Shown one piece after another: positions 9,511 through 20,942 of a stretch of DNA of 64,000 nucleotides. Both the position numbers and the translations under genes were made by a program. The notes beneath the pieces were generated by a model. It searched no databases. It was given only the letters and a program-made list of their open reading frames with translations, and had not been told where the DNA came from. This DNA is from Myxococcota bacterium (GTDB lineage: Bacteria; Myxococcota_A; UBA9160; UBA4427). Numbering within the stretch: the first letter of the stretch is position 1; every line of letters begins with the position of its first letter. The stretch lies in the NCBI GenBank assembly GCA_965250285.1, contig OZ252299.1:3904001-3968000 (forward strand). Reading direction: 5' to 3'.

Positions 9511-11880
9511 TCAGTCGCGACGCGGGTCTTCGTCGCGGAAGAGCAGCGGGATGCCTGTGAGCGAGCCCGGCGTCGATGCCCCGCCGCACGACAGAACGGC
9601 CCCCGAAGGCAGGATCGCGATCGAACCGATCGACTCGTCGCCGTCGTCGAAGATCGCCCCATCATCGATGAAGAAGCCGGTGCCGTTGTAGCTCGCGCGC
9701 AGCAGACCATCGGGCGTCGTACTCATCCAGAGCGCATCGGTGTGACTCTGCGCGTTGCTGCGTTGACCGGCGACCATCAGGTTGCCGTCGTCGCGCAGGG
9801 CGATGGCGTGCAGCCGGGAGCCGCGGCCAAAGAGCACGTCGGGGTTCGCCGTCAGCGGATCACCGAGGGTCACGATGCCGAGCGCCTCGTAGTCGGCGCC
9901 CGGTCCGAACGGGTTGCTGAGGCCGCCCACGAACGCTTCGTCGGGCGCGCCCTCGTCGTCGAGGCGCCAGATGGCGACCGATTCGAGCTGCTGACCGGTC
10001 GCGCTGCGCAGCGTCGCCGAGCCCGCAACCACGAGATGCCCGTCGAGCGGATCGATGACCCCGGCCTGACCGAGGCCGATGCCATCGAGCGGCCCGGTGT
10101 CAAAGATCGCCCAGTTGTCGACGATGCCGTCGGTGCCGTAGGTGAGGTCGAGGTCGCCGTCGTCTTCGAAGGCGACGATCTGCAGGTCGCGACCGCCGCG
10201 ACCGACGTTGAAACCCGCGCCGACGGTGAGCACGCGATCGCCGTCGAGGACGACGTCGACGATCTCGTCGACGGGCGCAGCCGGCACCGTGACGTGCGAG
10301 ACCACGCCGCCCGTACCGAACGTCGCGTCGAGCTCGAGCGCACTGGTGAGGCGCAGCAGCAAACGACGCATGCCGGTCGGCCCGTTGCTGGCGCCGCCGA
10401 TCCAGACGCGACCCGTCGAATCGACTTCGATATCGGCACCGAAGTCGACGAGGGTCGCGTCACCCGACAGCCCCGAATCGAGATTCACCACCTCGAACTC
10501 ACCCTCTTCGTCGACCTGGGCGACGAGGATGTTGCTCTCGAAGCCGGTCGTCGACACGCGCTGCGCGAGCACGAAAGCCGTACCGTCGACCGGTGAGACC
10601 GTAAGCGCGATCGCGCGCAGCGCGACGTCTTCGCCGACATCGTCGGCCGCGAGATAGGCCACACCGCGTTCGCCGAAGTCGGGATCGAGGGTGCCGTCTT
10701 CGAGCGTACGCCCGACGGCCAAAGCGACCCCGATCGGGTCGCGCAACAGGTAGTAGCTGTCGCCGACGGCACCCGCGGCGACACCCTCGCACGCCCCCTC
10801 GAAGTCGAGGTTCGCGTCGGTCGCGAGCGGAATGATGAAGCCCGCCCCCGCGCTGAAGTAGCGCGTCGAGAACGCCGTCTCGACGAAGACCCGCGCGTCT
10901 TCGACCGCCTCGACCCGCAGGTCGGGATTGCGACTGCCGTCGCTCTTCGGCGAGAGGTACGCGATGCGGTAGAAGCTGTTGGCCTCGGCCGACAGCTCGC
11001 GACCGACGCGCTCGAAGCTCTCGACCAGCTGCCCGAGGCTGTCGACGAAGACCGAGCCGTCGGGCCCGAGGGCCTGCAGCGCCTCGCGATCGATCTCATT
11101 GCCGACGCCGATCGAGAACGCCGTCACGTCTTCGATCGCCGCCACCGCATCGGCGAGGGGAATGTCGTTCGCGTTGTGCCCACCGTCGGTGAAGGTGACG
11201 AGCGCCTGCGAGATGAACTCGACCTCGCCGTCGGCCAACACATCGACGGCTTCGTCGCCGAGCTCTTCGGCGGCTTGAATGACGGCGCCATAGAGGTTCG
11301 TGCGATCGTCGAACACCTCGATGCGGTCGACGTTGTCGAGCGCCTCGTTGAGCGACACGGGATCGTCCGAGAAGCCGAGCGGGCGGAACTGACCGGTGAT
11401 CGGGTCTTCGATCGTGGCGGGGACGACGTCATCGGCGCCGAAGAAGAAGAGGATCGAGATGCGCGACGAAGGGTCCTGCGTCACGACGTTGATGTAGGCC
11501 TTGGCCGCGTCGATCTCGGCCGCCAGCGCCTCGGGATCCTGCGAGATCGACGAGCTCAGGTCGAGGAGCAGCACCGAGAGCAGCTGATACACACGGGGCA
11601 GCGGCAGCAGCTGCTGCTGCGCCTCGCTCGGTGAGATCGAGTCGTCGTTCTCGTAGAGGCGAAAGTCGTCGGCGGTGAGGCCGGGCAGCGGATTGCCGCG
11701 CTGGTCGAGCACCTGGATCAGCAGCGAGACCCGGCCGGGCAGATCGATGCGCGGCTCGCCTGCGACATCGATGATCTCACCGATGCGCGGCGTGTAGCTC
11801 TCGGGCCCACCCCCTTCTTCGGTGCAACCGACGACCCCGACCAGAGTGGCCATCGCGACGAGCAGGATGCGGGTGCGCAT
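9511..11880 (-). CDS. Lipoprotein with VWA domain and C-terminal beta-propeller (Delta-60-like repeats)
   Basis: Lipobox VVGC. MIDAS motif DLSSS...T...FTDG. Repeated LDPDFGERG, LDATFGTGG and LDLTYGTDG motifs. Confidence 0.75.
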   Translation of the reverse strand: MRTRILLVAMATLVGVVGCTEEGGGPESYTPRIGEIIDVAGEPRIDLPGRVSLLIQVLDQRGNPLPGLTADDFRLYENDDSISPSEAQQQLLPLPRVYQLLSVLLLDLSSSISQDPEALAAEIDAAKAYINVVTQDPSSRISILFFFGADDVVPATIEDPITGQFRPLGFSDDPVSLNEALDNVDRIEVFDDRTNLYGAVIQAAEELGDEAVDVLADGEVEFISQALVTFTDGGHNANDIPLADAVAAIEDVTAFSIGVGNEIDREALQALGPDGSVFVDSLGQLVESFERVGRELSAEANSFYRIAYLSPKSDGSRNPDLRVEAVEDARVFVETAFSTRYFSAGAGFIIPLATDANLDFEGACEGVAAGAVGDSYYLLRDPIGVALAVGRTLEDGTLDPDFGERGVAYLAADDVGEDVALRAIALTVSPVDGTAFVLAQRVSTTGFESNILVAQVDEEGEFEVVNLDSGLSGDATLVDFGADIEVDSTGRVWIGGASNGPTGMRRLLLRLTSALELDATFGTGGVVSHVTVPAAPVDEIVDVVLDGDRVLTVGAGFNVGRGGRDLQIVAFEDDGDLDLTYGTDGIVDNWAIFDTGPLDGIGLGQAGVIDPLDGHLVVAGSATLRSATGQQLESVAIWRLDDEGAPDEAFVGGLSNPFGPGADYEALGIVTLGDPLTANPDVLFGRGSRLHAIALRDDGNLMVAGQRSNAQSHTDALWMSTTPDGLLRASYNGTGFFIDDGAIFDDGDESIGSIAILPSGAVLSCGGASTPGSLTGIPLLFRDEDPRRD

Positions 11881-12128
11881 TTCGTCCCCCGTGCGGCATG
11901 CGCGAGCGAGTACGACGACGACGGCTGGGCCGACGCTCGCTCATGGACACCAAGTGCCTGGGGGGTTTCGCCACAGTCTATCGCTCCGGCCTCGATCCGG
12001 CACGACAACCCGTACCGATCGAGGTCGGTTCGACGGTCGAATGAAGTCGGTCGGAACAGAAGGTCGGCGCAGACGGGCGCAGCAGTGTCGCTCGTCACAC
12101 CCGGGGCCCAGGGTTCGGCCGGGTTGCG

Positions 12129-13439
12129 TCAGTCTCGCAGCAGACGACGCTGCTCGAACCGGAACGTCATGCCGCCCGAGAGTCGGGCCAGCTGCAGCTC
12201 CTGGGGCTCGGGCGCCGGCTCGCAGCTCGGGTCGACCCCAATCTCCCAGGCGTACTGCGCCGCCCCGGCGTCGGCGGCGTGTACCCGAGCGCGGGGGTTC
12301 ACCGCCTGCGCGATGGCGACGAGGGCCGGGTGGGGCGTCGCGCCCAGCTGGGCGAACCACGTGAGCGTCGTCTCTTCGTGGAGCGCCGGGCAGTCGTGCA
12401 GCTCGAGGCGCACGCGCCCGGCTTCGGTCAGGGCCACCCGCAAGTCGACGTAGGTGCGCGGCTGAAAGCTCGGATGCAGCTGGAAGACCTTGGCGATCGC
12501 CTCGACGTCGTCGCCCTCGATCCCGAGCGGCGCCTGCAACCGATGCACCGCCGCCATCCCGTGCCCCACCCACGTGCGGCGCAGCAGCTCTTGTGCCTTG
12601 TCCTCACCGAAATGCGAGGCCTGGCTCACGCCGTACGAGTGCATCAGCAGCAGCGCCTGCACGGCGAACTCCTGTGCGAGCGCGACGAGCGCGCTGTGCG
12701 AGAAGTCGGCCAGCTGGCAGCCCGGGTCGAAGGGCCCGGCGTAGTCGGCCCAGCCGCCCGGCTCGGCGTCGCTGCCCGGTCGCTCGACCTCGATCGCCGA
12801 GAGCTTCGACGCACGCACGACCTCGAGATTCGGGTGCTGTTCATAGGGCTGGTTGGATTCGCCGACCGACACGATCCAGCGGCAGTGCGGCCAGCGGCCC
12901 GCGCCATTGCCGCTCGGATCGTCGATGCGCGGCGGGCGATGGATCGGTCGCATCGTCATCTTCGGGTTCGTCGCCGCCGCGGTGGCGTCGAACGTCGGAT
13001 CCTCGATGTCGTGGCACATGATGCGCACGCCACGCTCGCCCCCGCTGCGCTCGACGTCGAGCAGGGCGCCGCAGTGGCAGAGCCAGAACTCGCCGTAGTC
13101 GGGCGAGTCGAGCCGGAACTGAAAGTCCATGAACTGCTGGGGCGCACCGATCTCGAGCTGCAGATTCTTGAAGACCGTGCCGACGTCGTCGCCTTCGAAG
13201 CGCATCAGCCGCTGCATGCGCTTGGAATAGATCGGGCTCGCGCCCATCCACTCTTCGATGGCCGAGCGCGTGTAGCCCTCGGCGCCGGCCTCCATCGCGA
13301 CGAGGGGCTGGCCGACGCGGTCGAGCAGATGTCCGATCAGCAGATACTCGTGACCGAGGCGTACGAGGAACGAGCGCGAGAAATCGGCGAGGCCGAGATC
13401 GGGATCGAAGGGGCCGGTGTAGTCGTCGCGCAGCGGCAC
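12129..13439 (-). CDS. Conserved hypothetical protein with internal tandem duplication
   Basis: AGGAG RBS then GTG at 13439. Two homologous halves begin DDYTGPFDPDLGLADFS and DYAGPFDPGCQLADFS. Confidence 0.75.
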   Translation of the reverse strand: MPLRDDYTGPFDPDLGLADFSRSFLVRLGHEYLLIGHLLDRVGQPLVAMEAGAEGYTRSAIEEWMGASPIYSKRMQRLMRFEGDDVGTVFKNLQLEIGAPQQFMDFQFRLDSPDYGEFWLCHCGALLDVERSGGERGVRIMCHDIEDPTFDATAAATNPKMTMRPIHRPPRIDDPSGNGAGRWPHCRWIVSVGESNQPYEQHPNLEVVRASKLSAIEVERPGSDAEPGGWADYAGPFDPGCQLADFSHSALVALAQEFAVQALLLMHSYGVSQASHFGEDKAQELLRRTWVGHGMAAVHRLQAPLGIEGDDVEAIAKVFQLHPSFQPRTYVDLRVALTEAGRVRLELHDCPALHEETTLTWFAQLGATPHPALVAIAQAVNPRARVHAADAGAAQYAWEIGVDPSCEPAPEPQELQLARLSGGMTFRFEQRRLLRD

Positions 13440-13730
13440 GGGTGCTCCTGAGTTCGGGTCGGTTCCGATCGGACGGCGGGGGGCGCGCCGCGCGCCCGCG
13501 GCGTTCGGGTGGGACCCCGAAGCGTACCCCCTCGAGGTCGTGCACACCCCGCGCGGGCGCCGCCGAAGTGCCTCGCCGCGTCAGCCGATCGCGCTGGCCA
13601 GCGCTGCAGGCGCGATTGACGCTGGGCCCCGCCGCCGCCCGCGCTCGGCAGGGACGGCCAAAAAACCTGCGAGACAGACATTTCCGGGCCGCTCCGACGA
13701 CCTAGAGTCATTCATGAGGAGGCCCCGCCG

Positions 13731-15446
13731 ATGCCCTTTCCCAGGACGCTCTACAACTCCGAACACCGCGACATCGATCTGAAGGTCGTCGACGGGGTGT
13801 GGCCCGAGGGGCTGACCGGGGAGCTGGTCATCGCTGCGCCCGGGCCGCGCACGCCCGACCTCCCCTATCAGCTGTTCGCCGACGGCTACACGATCCGCAT
13901 GTCGCTCACGCCCGGCACCGACGGCGCGGCGCCCGATCGGCTGGCGTGGCGGGCGAAGAAGATCCGCGGCCCGTCGGTGCGCCTGCGCGAGAAGCGACCC
14001 GATGTCTGCGTGCCCGGTGCCGCGGGCTATTCGTCGCCGTTCGGCCTGCTCAACATGGCGAACACCGCGGTGATGCCCTGGGGCAAGCGACTCTTCGCGA
14101 CGTGGGATGTCGGCCGCCCCAACGAGATCGACCCGGTGAGCCTCGACTTCCTCGGCGAAGTCGGCACGAAGAAGAGCTGGGGCACGTCGATCCCGATCCC
14201 CGGTGCCCTGCCCTTCATCTTCTCTTCGGCGCACCCGGTCATCGACCCCGAGCGCGACTGCCTGTGGTCGGTCCGGCTCGCGCCGTCGCCCGATCATCCC
14301 GGAGAGATGGCACCGCACATCGTGCGCTGGGACGGCGAGAGCACCCAGGTGCAAACGTGGCCCGTCGAGGGCGCGCACTTCCGCGGCACGATGCACACCA
14401 TCACCCAGACTCGCGATTGGTTGATCTATATCGACTCGGGCAACTTCAAGCCCGACCCCGGTGAGATGGCGGGCGGCGAGCGCACGGTGCTGATCGACGA
14501 AGAGTCGCCCGTCTGGCTGGTGCGCAAGGACGACGTGCTCAACACGAAGCCCGGCCAGCCGGTACCGAGCAAGCCCTTCATGATCGCGCCGCCCACCGCG
14601 CACTTCTATGCGCGTTACGACGACTCGGATGGCATCAGCGTCATCTTCGAGAACATGGATCTCGAAGACCTCGCGATCTTCCACAAGCCCGGCGACATCA
14701 ACATGCTCGGCGAAGAGATCGAGGAGTGTCATCTCGGCTTCTACAACATGGCGATGGCGCCTTCGTCGTTCACCGAGGTCGAGTTCGACGTCGACTCGGG
14801 CAAGGTGAATGGACGCGGGCGACTGAGCGACGAACACACCTGGAGCAAGCAGCTCTCGGCCATCGATTGGAGCCTCAAGGGCCTCAGCAAGCCGACCCTG
14901 CATCATCAGCTGTGCCACGGGTTCCGGCCCCACGGCATCTCGAAGCGCGCGCTCGAGGTCTACAAGGACCGCGTCGACTTCGACGTCATGCCCGACGCCG
15001 AGACGCCGTGCACACTCACGACGATGAAGCGCGGCTCGCTCGACATCCACAGCCGCTACATCTACCCGAGCGTCGACGATCTGCCGACGTCGCCGATCTT
15101 CGTGCCCCGAAACCCCGGCCAGGACCGATTCGGGCTCGAAGGCACCGACCCGGGCGGCCACGACGGCTGGGTCGTCATGCCGGTGCTGAAGGATTCGGGG
15201 CTCGAGGTCGACGTCTTCGACGCGAACGCCGTGGGCGAGGGGCCCGTCGCCCGGGCCGCGGCGCCCAGCGGCGAGACCGTGCCCATGGTGCTCCACTCGT
15301 GCTGGATGCCTCATCGCGTCCCGGCGCCCGAGATGGAGCGTGTGCGATTCGGGGACGACTACGAGGAGGGCGATCTCGTCGCCCTCGACGACTCTCTCAA
15401 GGCGGTCGTCGGCGAAGTCGCGCGGGATCTCGCCGAAGGCCGCTGA
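13731..15446 (+). CDS. Carotenoid oxygenase (RPE65 / lignostilbene dioxygenase) family protein
   Basis: V.G.WPEGL.G, LFADG and NMANT motifs. Four candidate Fe-ligand His: SAHP, TMHT, TAHF, VLHSCW. GAGGAGG RBS. Confidence 0.85.
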   Translation: MPFPRTLYNSEHRDIDLKVVDGVWPEGLTGELVIAAPGPRTPDLPYQLFADGYTIRMSLTPGTDGAAPDRLAWRAKKIRGPSVRLREKRPDVCVPGAAGYSSPFGLLNMANTAVMPWGKRLFATWDVGRPNEIDPVSLDFLGEVGTKKSWGTSIPIPGALPFIFSSAHPVIDPERDCLWSVRLAPSPDHPGEMAPHIVRWDGESTQVQTWPVEGAHFRGTMHTITQTRDWLIYIDSGNFKPDPGEMAGGERTVLIDEESPVWLVRKDDVLNTKPGQPVPSKPFMIAPPTAHFYARYDDSDGISVIFENMDLEDLAIFHKPGDINMLGEEIEECHLGFYNMAMAPSSFTEVEFDVDSGKVNGRGRLSDEHTWSKQLSAIDWSLKGLSKPTLHHQLCHGFRPHGISKRALEVYKDRVDFDVMPDAETPCTLTTMKRGSLDIHSRYIYPSVDDLPTSPIFVPRNPGQDRFGLEGTDPGGHDGWVVMPVLKDSGLEVDVFDANAVGEGPVARAAAPSGETVPMVLHSCWMPHRVPAPEMERVRFGDDYEEGDLVALDDSLKAVVGEVARDLAEGR

Positions 15447-15524
15447 ACGCGCAGTTCTCGGGACCCGCAGGATGAGTGCGCTCGGGGTGCCGCAGGGCGC
15501 CGCGCCGTCGCGTACCCTTCCCGC

Positions 15525-16595
<1,071 letters not shown>

Positions 16596-16682
16596 CTGCA
16601 GTGCGGGGCGGCGGAGCTGGGCGCGCCGGGTGATACTGACCCGTCCGGCCCCCTGCGGCCGCGTCCGAAGGAGCACCCCCCG

Positions 16683-19061
16683 ATGATCCAGCCCCTCGCA
16701 GGCCTGCGCGTGGTCGATGCCGCCGACGAGAACGGTGAGCTGTGCGGCCGCCTGCTCGCCGACCTCGGCGCCGAAGTCATCCGCATCGAGCCGTCGTCCG
16801 GTGCACCCTCGCGCCGGCTGCCGCCGCTGAGCGACGACGGCGACACGAGCCTCTACTTCGCGACGCGCAACGCCGGCAAGCGCGGGGCGCGCATCGACCT
16901 CGAGACCGAGGCGGGCCGCGAAGCACTCGACGCGCTGCTCGCCGAGGCCGACGTCTTCGTCGAATCGGGCCGGCCGGGCGAGATCGACGTCGCTGCGCTG
17001 CGGGCGAAGCACCCGCACCTGGTCGTCACCTCGATCACCGACTTCGGCCAAGACGGCCCGTACCGCGACTACGTCGGCACCGACATGGTCGGCGTCGCCA
17101 TGGGCGGCATGCTCCACCGCGCCGGCGTGCCCGAGAAGCCGCCGGTGATGATCCCGGGCCACCTCGCCTACGACGTCGCCGGCATCGCTGGCGCGTTCGG
17201 CAGCCTGATGGCGACGTTCAAGCGTCTTGCGAGCGGGCGCGGTCAACACGTCGACGTCTCGACGATGGATGCGGTCACGGGCCTCGCCGACTGGTCGATC
17301 CCGAACTACTCGCTCAACCCGAATCTCGGCCACCGCTCGGGCGCCGGCATCTACACGCTCTACCGCTGCGCCGACGGCTTCATTCGCATGATCATCCTCG
17401 TGCCGAAGCACTGGCGCGCACTGCTCGAGTGGGTCGGGCAGCCCGAAGAGCTGATGGATCCGAAGTACGACCAGTTCGTGAATCGATTGATGGAGCTCGA
17501 CAAGATCGTCGCGGTGCTCGAGCAGTTCTTCGCCGACAAGAAGAAGGTCGACGTGGCAGCCGAGGCCCAGCGCCGCGGCATTCCCGCGACGCCTCTGCTC
17601 GCGCCGGGCGAGGTGCTCGACAACGAGCACACGATCGGCCGCGGCACCTTCACATCGATCGAGGTGGCACCGGGCATGACGGCGCTCATGCCCTCGGGCT
17701 TCCTCACCGTCGATGGCGAGCGTGCCGGGCCGCGCGCCGCGCCGCCGGCCCTCGACGGCGAATCGGCGACGAGCTGGCAGAACGACGCGGCCCGCGCCGC
17801 CCTCGCAGGTGCCATGCAGGCCGCGGGCGGCGACGCACCGGCCCATCCACTCGCCGGGCTGCGCGTCGTCGACTGCGGCGTCGGCGCGGTCGGTGTCGAG
17901 GTCGGCAAGTTCATGGCCGAGTACGGTGCCGAGGTGATCAAGATCGAGTCGAGCGACGCGCCCGACTTCATCCGCGTCATCATGAGCAGCTACATGAACC
18001 CGTCGTTTCTCTCGTCGAGCCCGAGCAAGCTCTCGTTCGGCGTCGACCTGACGAAGCCCGAAGGCCGCAAGCTCGTCGAGCAGCTGGTCGCCGACGCCGA
18101 CGTGTTCATCGAGAACTCGGGCACCGGCACGTTCGAGCGGCTCGGCTTCGGCGCCGAAGATCTCAAGCGACTGAATCCGCGCATGGTCAGCTTCTCGAGC
18201 CAGAGCGTCGGCTCGTACGGACCATGGAAGGATTGGATCGGCTACGGGCCGAACACGCATCCCGTGAGTGGGCTGCAGTACCTGTGGAACTACCCGGAAG
18301 ATGAGGCTTCGCCGGCGGGCTCAACCGCGGTGCATCCCGATCACCTCGTCGGGCGCATCGGCGCGCTCGCGATCCTCGCCGGGCTGATCCGCCGGACCCA
18401 CACCGGTGAGGGCGGTCACTTCGATGCCGCCCAGTTCGAGACGCCGGTCGGCCTGCTCGGGGACCTCTTCGCGAAGGAGTCGCTCTCGCCGGGCAGCGTG
18501 CGTCCGGTGGGCAACGCGAGCGAACGCGGCGCGCCCTGGGGCTGCTACCCCTGCGCGGGCGACGACGAGTGGTGCGTGGTGTGCGTGCGCTCGGACGACG
18601 AGTGGCAGCGCTTCAAGGCGGCCATCGGCGCACCCGCGTGGGCCGACGACGCCCGCTTCGACACGACCGCCGGGCGCCTCGCTGATCGGGCGGCCCTCGA
18701 CGAGCACGTCGGCGGCTGGACCGCCGACAAGACACCGCGCGACGTGATGGAGCAGCTGCAGGCCGTCGGCGTGCCGGCCGGCATCGTGGCCCATCCCGAG
18801 CACCACCTGGGCGACCCTCAGCTCGCACACCGCGAGTTCCTGAAGCTGGTGATCCAGCCCGACTACGAGGCGATCATGCTCGAGGGGCCGCCCTTCCTCG
18901 GCGACGACCTGCCCGACGTCATCGTCGAGCCGGCACCGATGCTCGGTGAGCACACGCGCGACGTCGCATCGCGCGTGCTCGGTCTGAGCGAGGACGAGAT
19001 CGAGCGGTTGATGGCCGAGGGCGTGCTCGAAGATCCGCCCACCGAGTTCAAGCTGCTCTAG
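16683..19061 (+). CDS. Family III CoA-transferase (CaiB/BaiF), two fused domains
   Basis: Two copies of PLAGLRVVD...GAEVI(R/K)IE. 792 aa. Confidence 0.92.
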   Translation: MIQPLAGLRVVDAADENGELCGRLLADLGAEVIRIEPSSGAPSRRLPPLSDDGDTSLYFATRNAGKRGARIDLETEAGREALDALLAEADVFVESGRPGEIDVAALRAKHPHLVVTSITDFGQDGPYRDYVGTDMVGVAMGGMLHRAGVPEKPPVMIPGHLAYDVAGIAGAFGSLMATFKRLASGRGQHVDVSTMDAVTGLADWSIPNYSLNPNLGHRSGAGIYTLYRCADGFIRMIILVPKHWRALLEWVGQPEELMDPKYDQFVNRLMELDKIVAVLEQFFADKKKVDVAAEAQRRGIPATPLLAPGEVLDNEHTIGRGTFTSIEVAPGMTALMPSGFLTVDGERAGPRAAPPALDGESATSWQNDAARAALAGAMQAAGGDAPAHPLAGLRVVDCGVGAVGVEVGKFMAEYGAEVIKIESSDAPDFIRVIMSSYMNPSFLSSSPSKLSFGVDLTKPEGRKLVEQLVADADVFIENSGTGTFERLGFGAEDLKRLNPRMVSFSSQSVGSYGPWKDWIGYGPNTHPVSGLQYLWNYPEDEASPAGSTAVHPDHLVGRIGALAILAGLIRRTHTGEGGHFDAAQFETPVGLLGDLFAKESLSPGSVRPVGNASERGAPWGCYPCAGDDEWCVVCVRSDDEWQRFKAAIGAPAWADDARFDTTAGRLADRAALDEHVGGWTADKTPRDVMEQLQAVGVPAGIVAHPEHHLGDPQLAHREFLKLVIQPDYEAIMLEGPPFLGDDLPDVIVEPAPMLGEHTRDVASRVLGLSEDEIERLMAEGVLEDPPTEFKLL

Positions 19062-19103
19062 ATCTCGAGGCCTGCGGCACGGGGCCCGCTGTCGCCCAGG
19101 CGC

Positions 19104-20264
19104 TCAGAACGGGCCGGCTCCCGGATCGAGGCCCAGCATCACGCGCCCGTAGCGCTCTCGCTGCGCGTCGAGATCGAAGACGATGTGGCACGACGCGACG
19201 TTCACGTCGCGCAGCGCGCGCTGCAGCGGATCGCTGTTGAACTGCGCGCTCGCGCCGCTGCCTTCGGCCACGTCGCCGATGACGCGCCGGGCCTGGTGCA
19301 CGGCGTGGGCGATCGAAGCGCCCCAGCGCGCTCGATCCTCGATCGTCGCTTCGTCGCGCAGCGCCATCACCTCGCGCGCCACCTCCCGAAGCAGTAGCTC
19401 GGCCTGGCGCACCTCGGTCTCGACCCGGGCGAGTCGCATCTGCGCCGGCGGCGTCTCCTTCGCCTTCTTCGGTGACATCATGCGCGTCCGCTCACCGAGG
19501 CGTTCGCGGTATCGGCGGACGACCTCGACCGCATGGCCGACGAGCGGCATCGAGGCAGCCAGGGTCAGGATCGGGATCATCGGCGTGCGATAGAGCGGGC
19601 CTTCGTGCAGCGTCGCCCCATGCGCGCAACCTGCGCTCATGTCGATGATCGAGACGGCCCTCGATTCGGGCACGACGACGTCGGGCACCACCATGTCGTG
19701 GCTTCCAGTTGCCTGCATACCGGCGACGTCCCACGTATCGTCGACCTCGACATCTTCTCTCGGCAGCGCGAAGAAGAACACGCCCTCGCCTTCGACGATC
19801 GCGCCGACGATCACCCACGTCGAGTGCATGACCCCGGTGCCCCACGACCAGCGACCCGAGAGCCGGTAGCCGCCGTCGACCTTCTCGGCCCGACCCGAGG
19901 GCGCGACCGCTGCGGGCGCGAGCACGTAGTCGGCGCTCTCGAAGAGCTCGTTCTGAAAGGCCTCGGGGAACTGACAGAACATCCAGTTGTGCTCGACGAG
20001 GAAGTTCGTCACCCAGGCCGTCGAGACGTCAGCGGCCGCGATCGTCAAGCCCACCTCGACGAACGTGTCGAGGTCGAGCTCGAGGCCGCCGAGCGCCCGC
20101 GGCACCATCATCCGGAAGACACCGGTCTCTTCGATCGCCTTCCACGACGCATCGGGGATCCGCCGCAGCTGCTCACCTTCGCGCGCGGCTGAAGCCAGCT
20201 CGGGCACGATCGCCGACACCCGCTCGACCAGCGCGCGTCCTTCTTCACAAAGCTCCGTCTTCAT
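19104..20264 (-). CDS. Flavin-dependent monooxygenase oxygenase subunit (HsaA-like, acyl-CoA dehydrogenase fold)
   Basis: GVFRMMVPRALGG, GGYRLSGRWSWGTG, DTWDVAGMQATGS and LQRALRD...H motifs. Confidence 0.88.
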   Translation of the reverse strand: MKTELCEEGRALVERVSAIVPELASAAREGEQLRRIPDASWKAIEETGVFRMMVPRALGGLELDLDTFVEVGLTIAAADVSTAWVTNFLVEHNWMFCQFPEAFQNELFESADYVLAPAAVAPSGRAEKVDGGYRLSGRWSWGTGVMHSTWVIVGAIVEGEGVFFFALPREDVEVDDTWDVAGMQATGSHDMVVPDVVVPESRAVSIIDMSAGCAHGATLHEGPLYRTPMIPILTLAASMPLVGHAVEVVRRYRERLGERTRMMSPKKAKETPPAQMRLARVETEVRQAELLLREVAREVMALRDEATIEDRARWGASIAHAVHQARRVIGDVAEGSGASAQFNSDPLQRALRDVNVASCHIVFDLDAQRERYGRVMLGLDPGAGPF

Positions 20265-20283
20265 CTCGCCTCCCCTCCGCCGC

Positions 20284-20925
20284 TCATTCGTCCGTCGCGT
20301 CGACCATCGCCATGACGTCGGTCGACGCGCCCTCGGGTGCGGCGATCTCGACGACCGGATCGTCGACGTCGTCGTACTCGAGTCGCAGGGCGCGGCTCAT
20401 GGTCGCATGCATCGCGTAGGTGCACGTGATGTAGGTGAATTCGAGGATCTCGGTATCGTCGAGATGCGCCCGCAGCGCGTCGAAGACCGCGTCGGGGACG
20501 CGTCCGTTCTCGAGCACGAGGCAGTCGGTGTAGGCGAGCACCGCTCGCTCGACGGGCGAATAGCAGTCGGCGACGCTCCAGGCGCGGATCGACTCGATCT
20601 GCTGCTCGCTGAGGCCGACGTCGCGCGAGGCCTTGCAGTGCTGCGAATAGACGAACTGACTGCCCACGACGTAGCCCGCGCGCAGCTGGCCGAGCTCGCG
20701 CAGCTTCGCCGAGAGCTTGCGATTCGGGCTGCGGTAGAACGCAAACCCCGACGTCGTGTGGTCGAAGGCATCGGGTACGCCGGCGAAGACGGTCCACCAG
20801 TTGCCTGGCGTACCGGTGGCGGTACCGGGCTCCTTCACGGGGTCGCGGTCGCCGAAGAGCATGTCGTAGATGGTGATCGCGGTGGGATGTGCATCCTTGC
20901 GGCCCACCTCTCGCAGTCGGGGCAT
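20284..20925 (-). CDS. Carboxymuconolactone decarboxylase / AhpD-like family protein
   Basis: LRELGQLRAG...SQFVYSQH, ERAVLAYTD and VPDAVFDALR...EILE motifs. Confidence 0.8.
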   Translation of the reverse strand: MPRLREVGRKDAHPTAITIYDMLFGDRDPVKEPGTATGTPGNWWTVFAGVPDAFDHTTSGFAFYRSPNRKLSAKLRELGQLRAGYVVGSQFVYSQHCKASRDVGLSEQQIESIRAWSVADCYSPVERAVLAYTDCLVLENGRVPDAVFDALRAHLDDTEILEFTYITCTYAMHATMSRALRLEYDDVDDPVVEIAAPEGASTDVMAMVDATDE

Positions 20926-20942
20926 CGGGGGTCTCCTATCGG

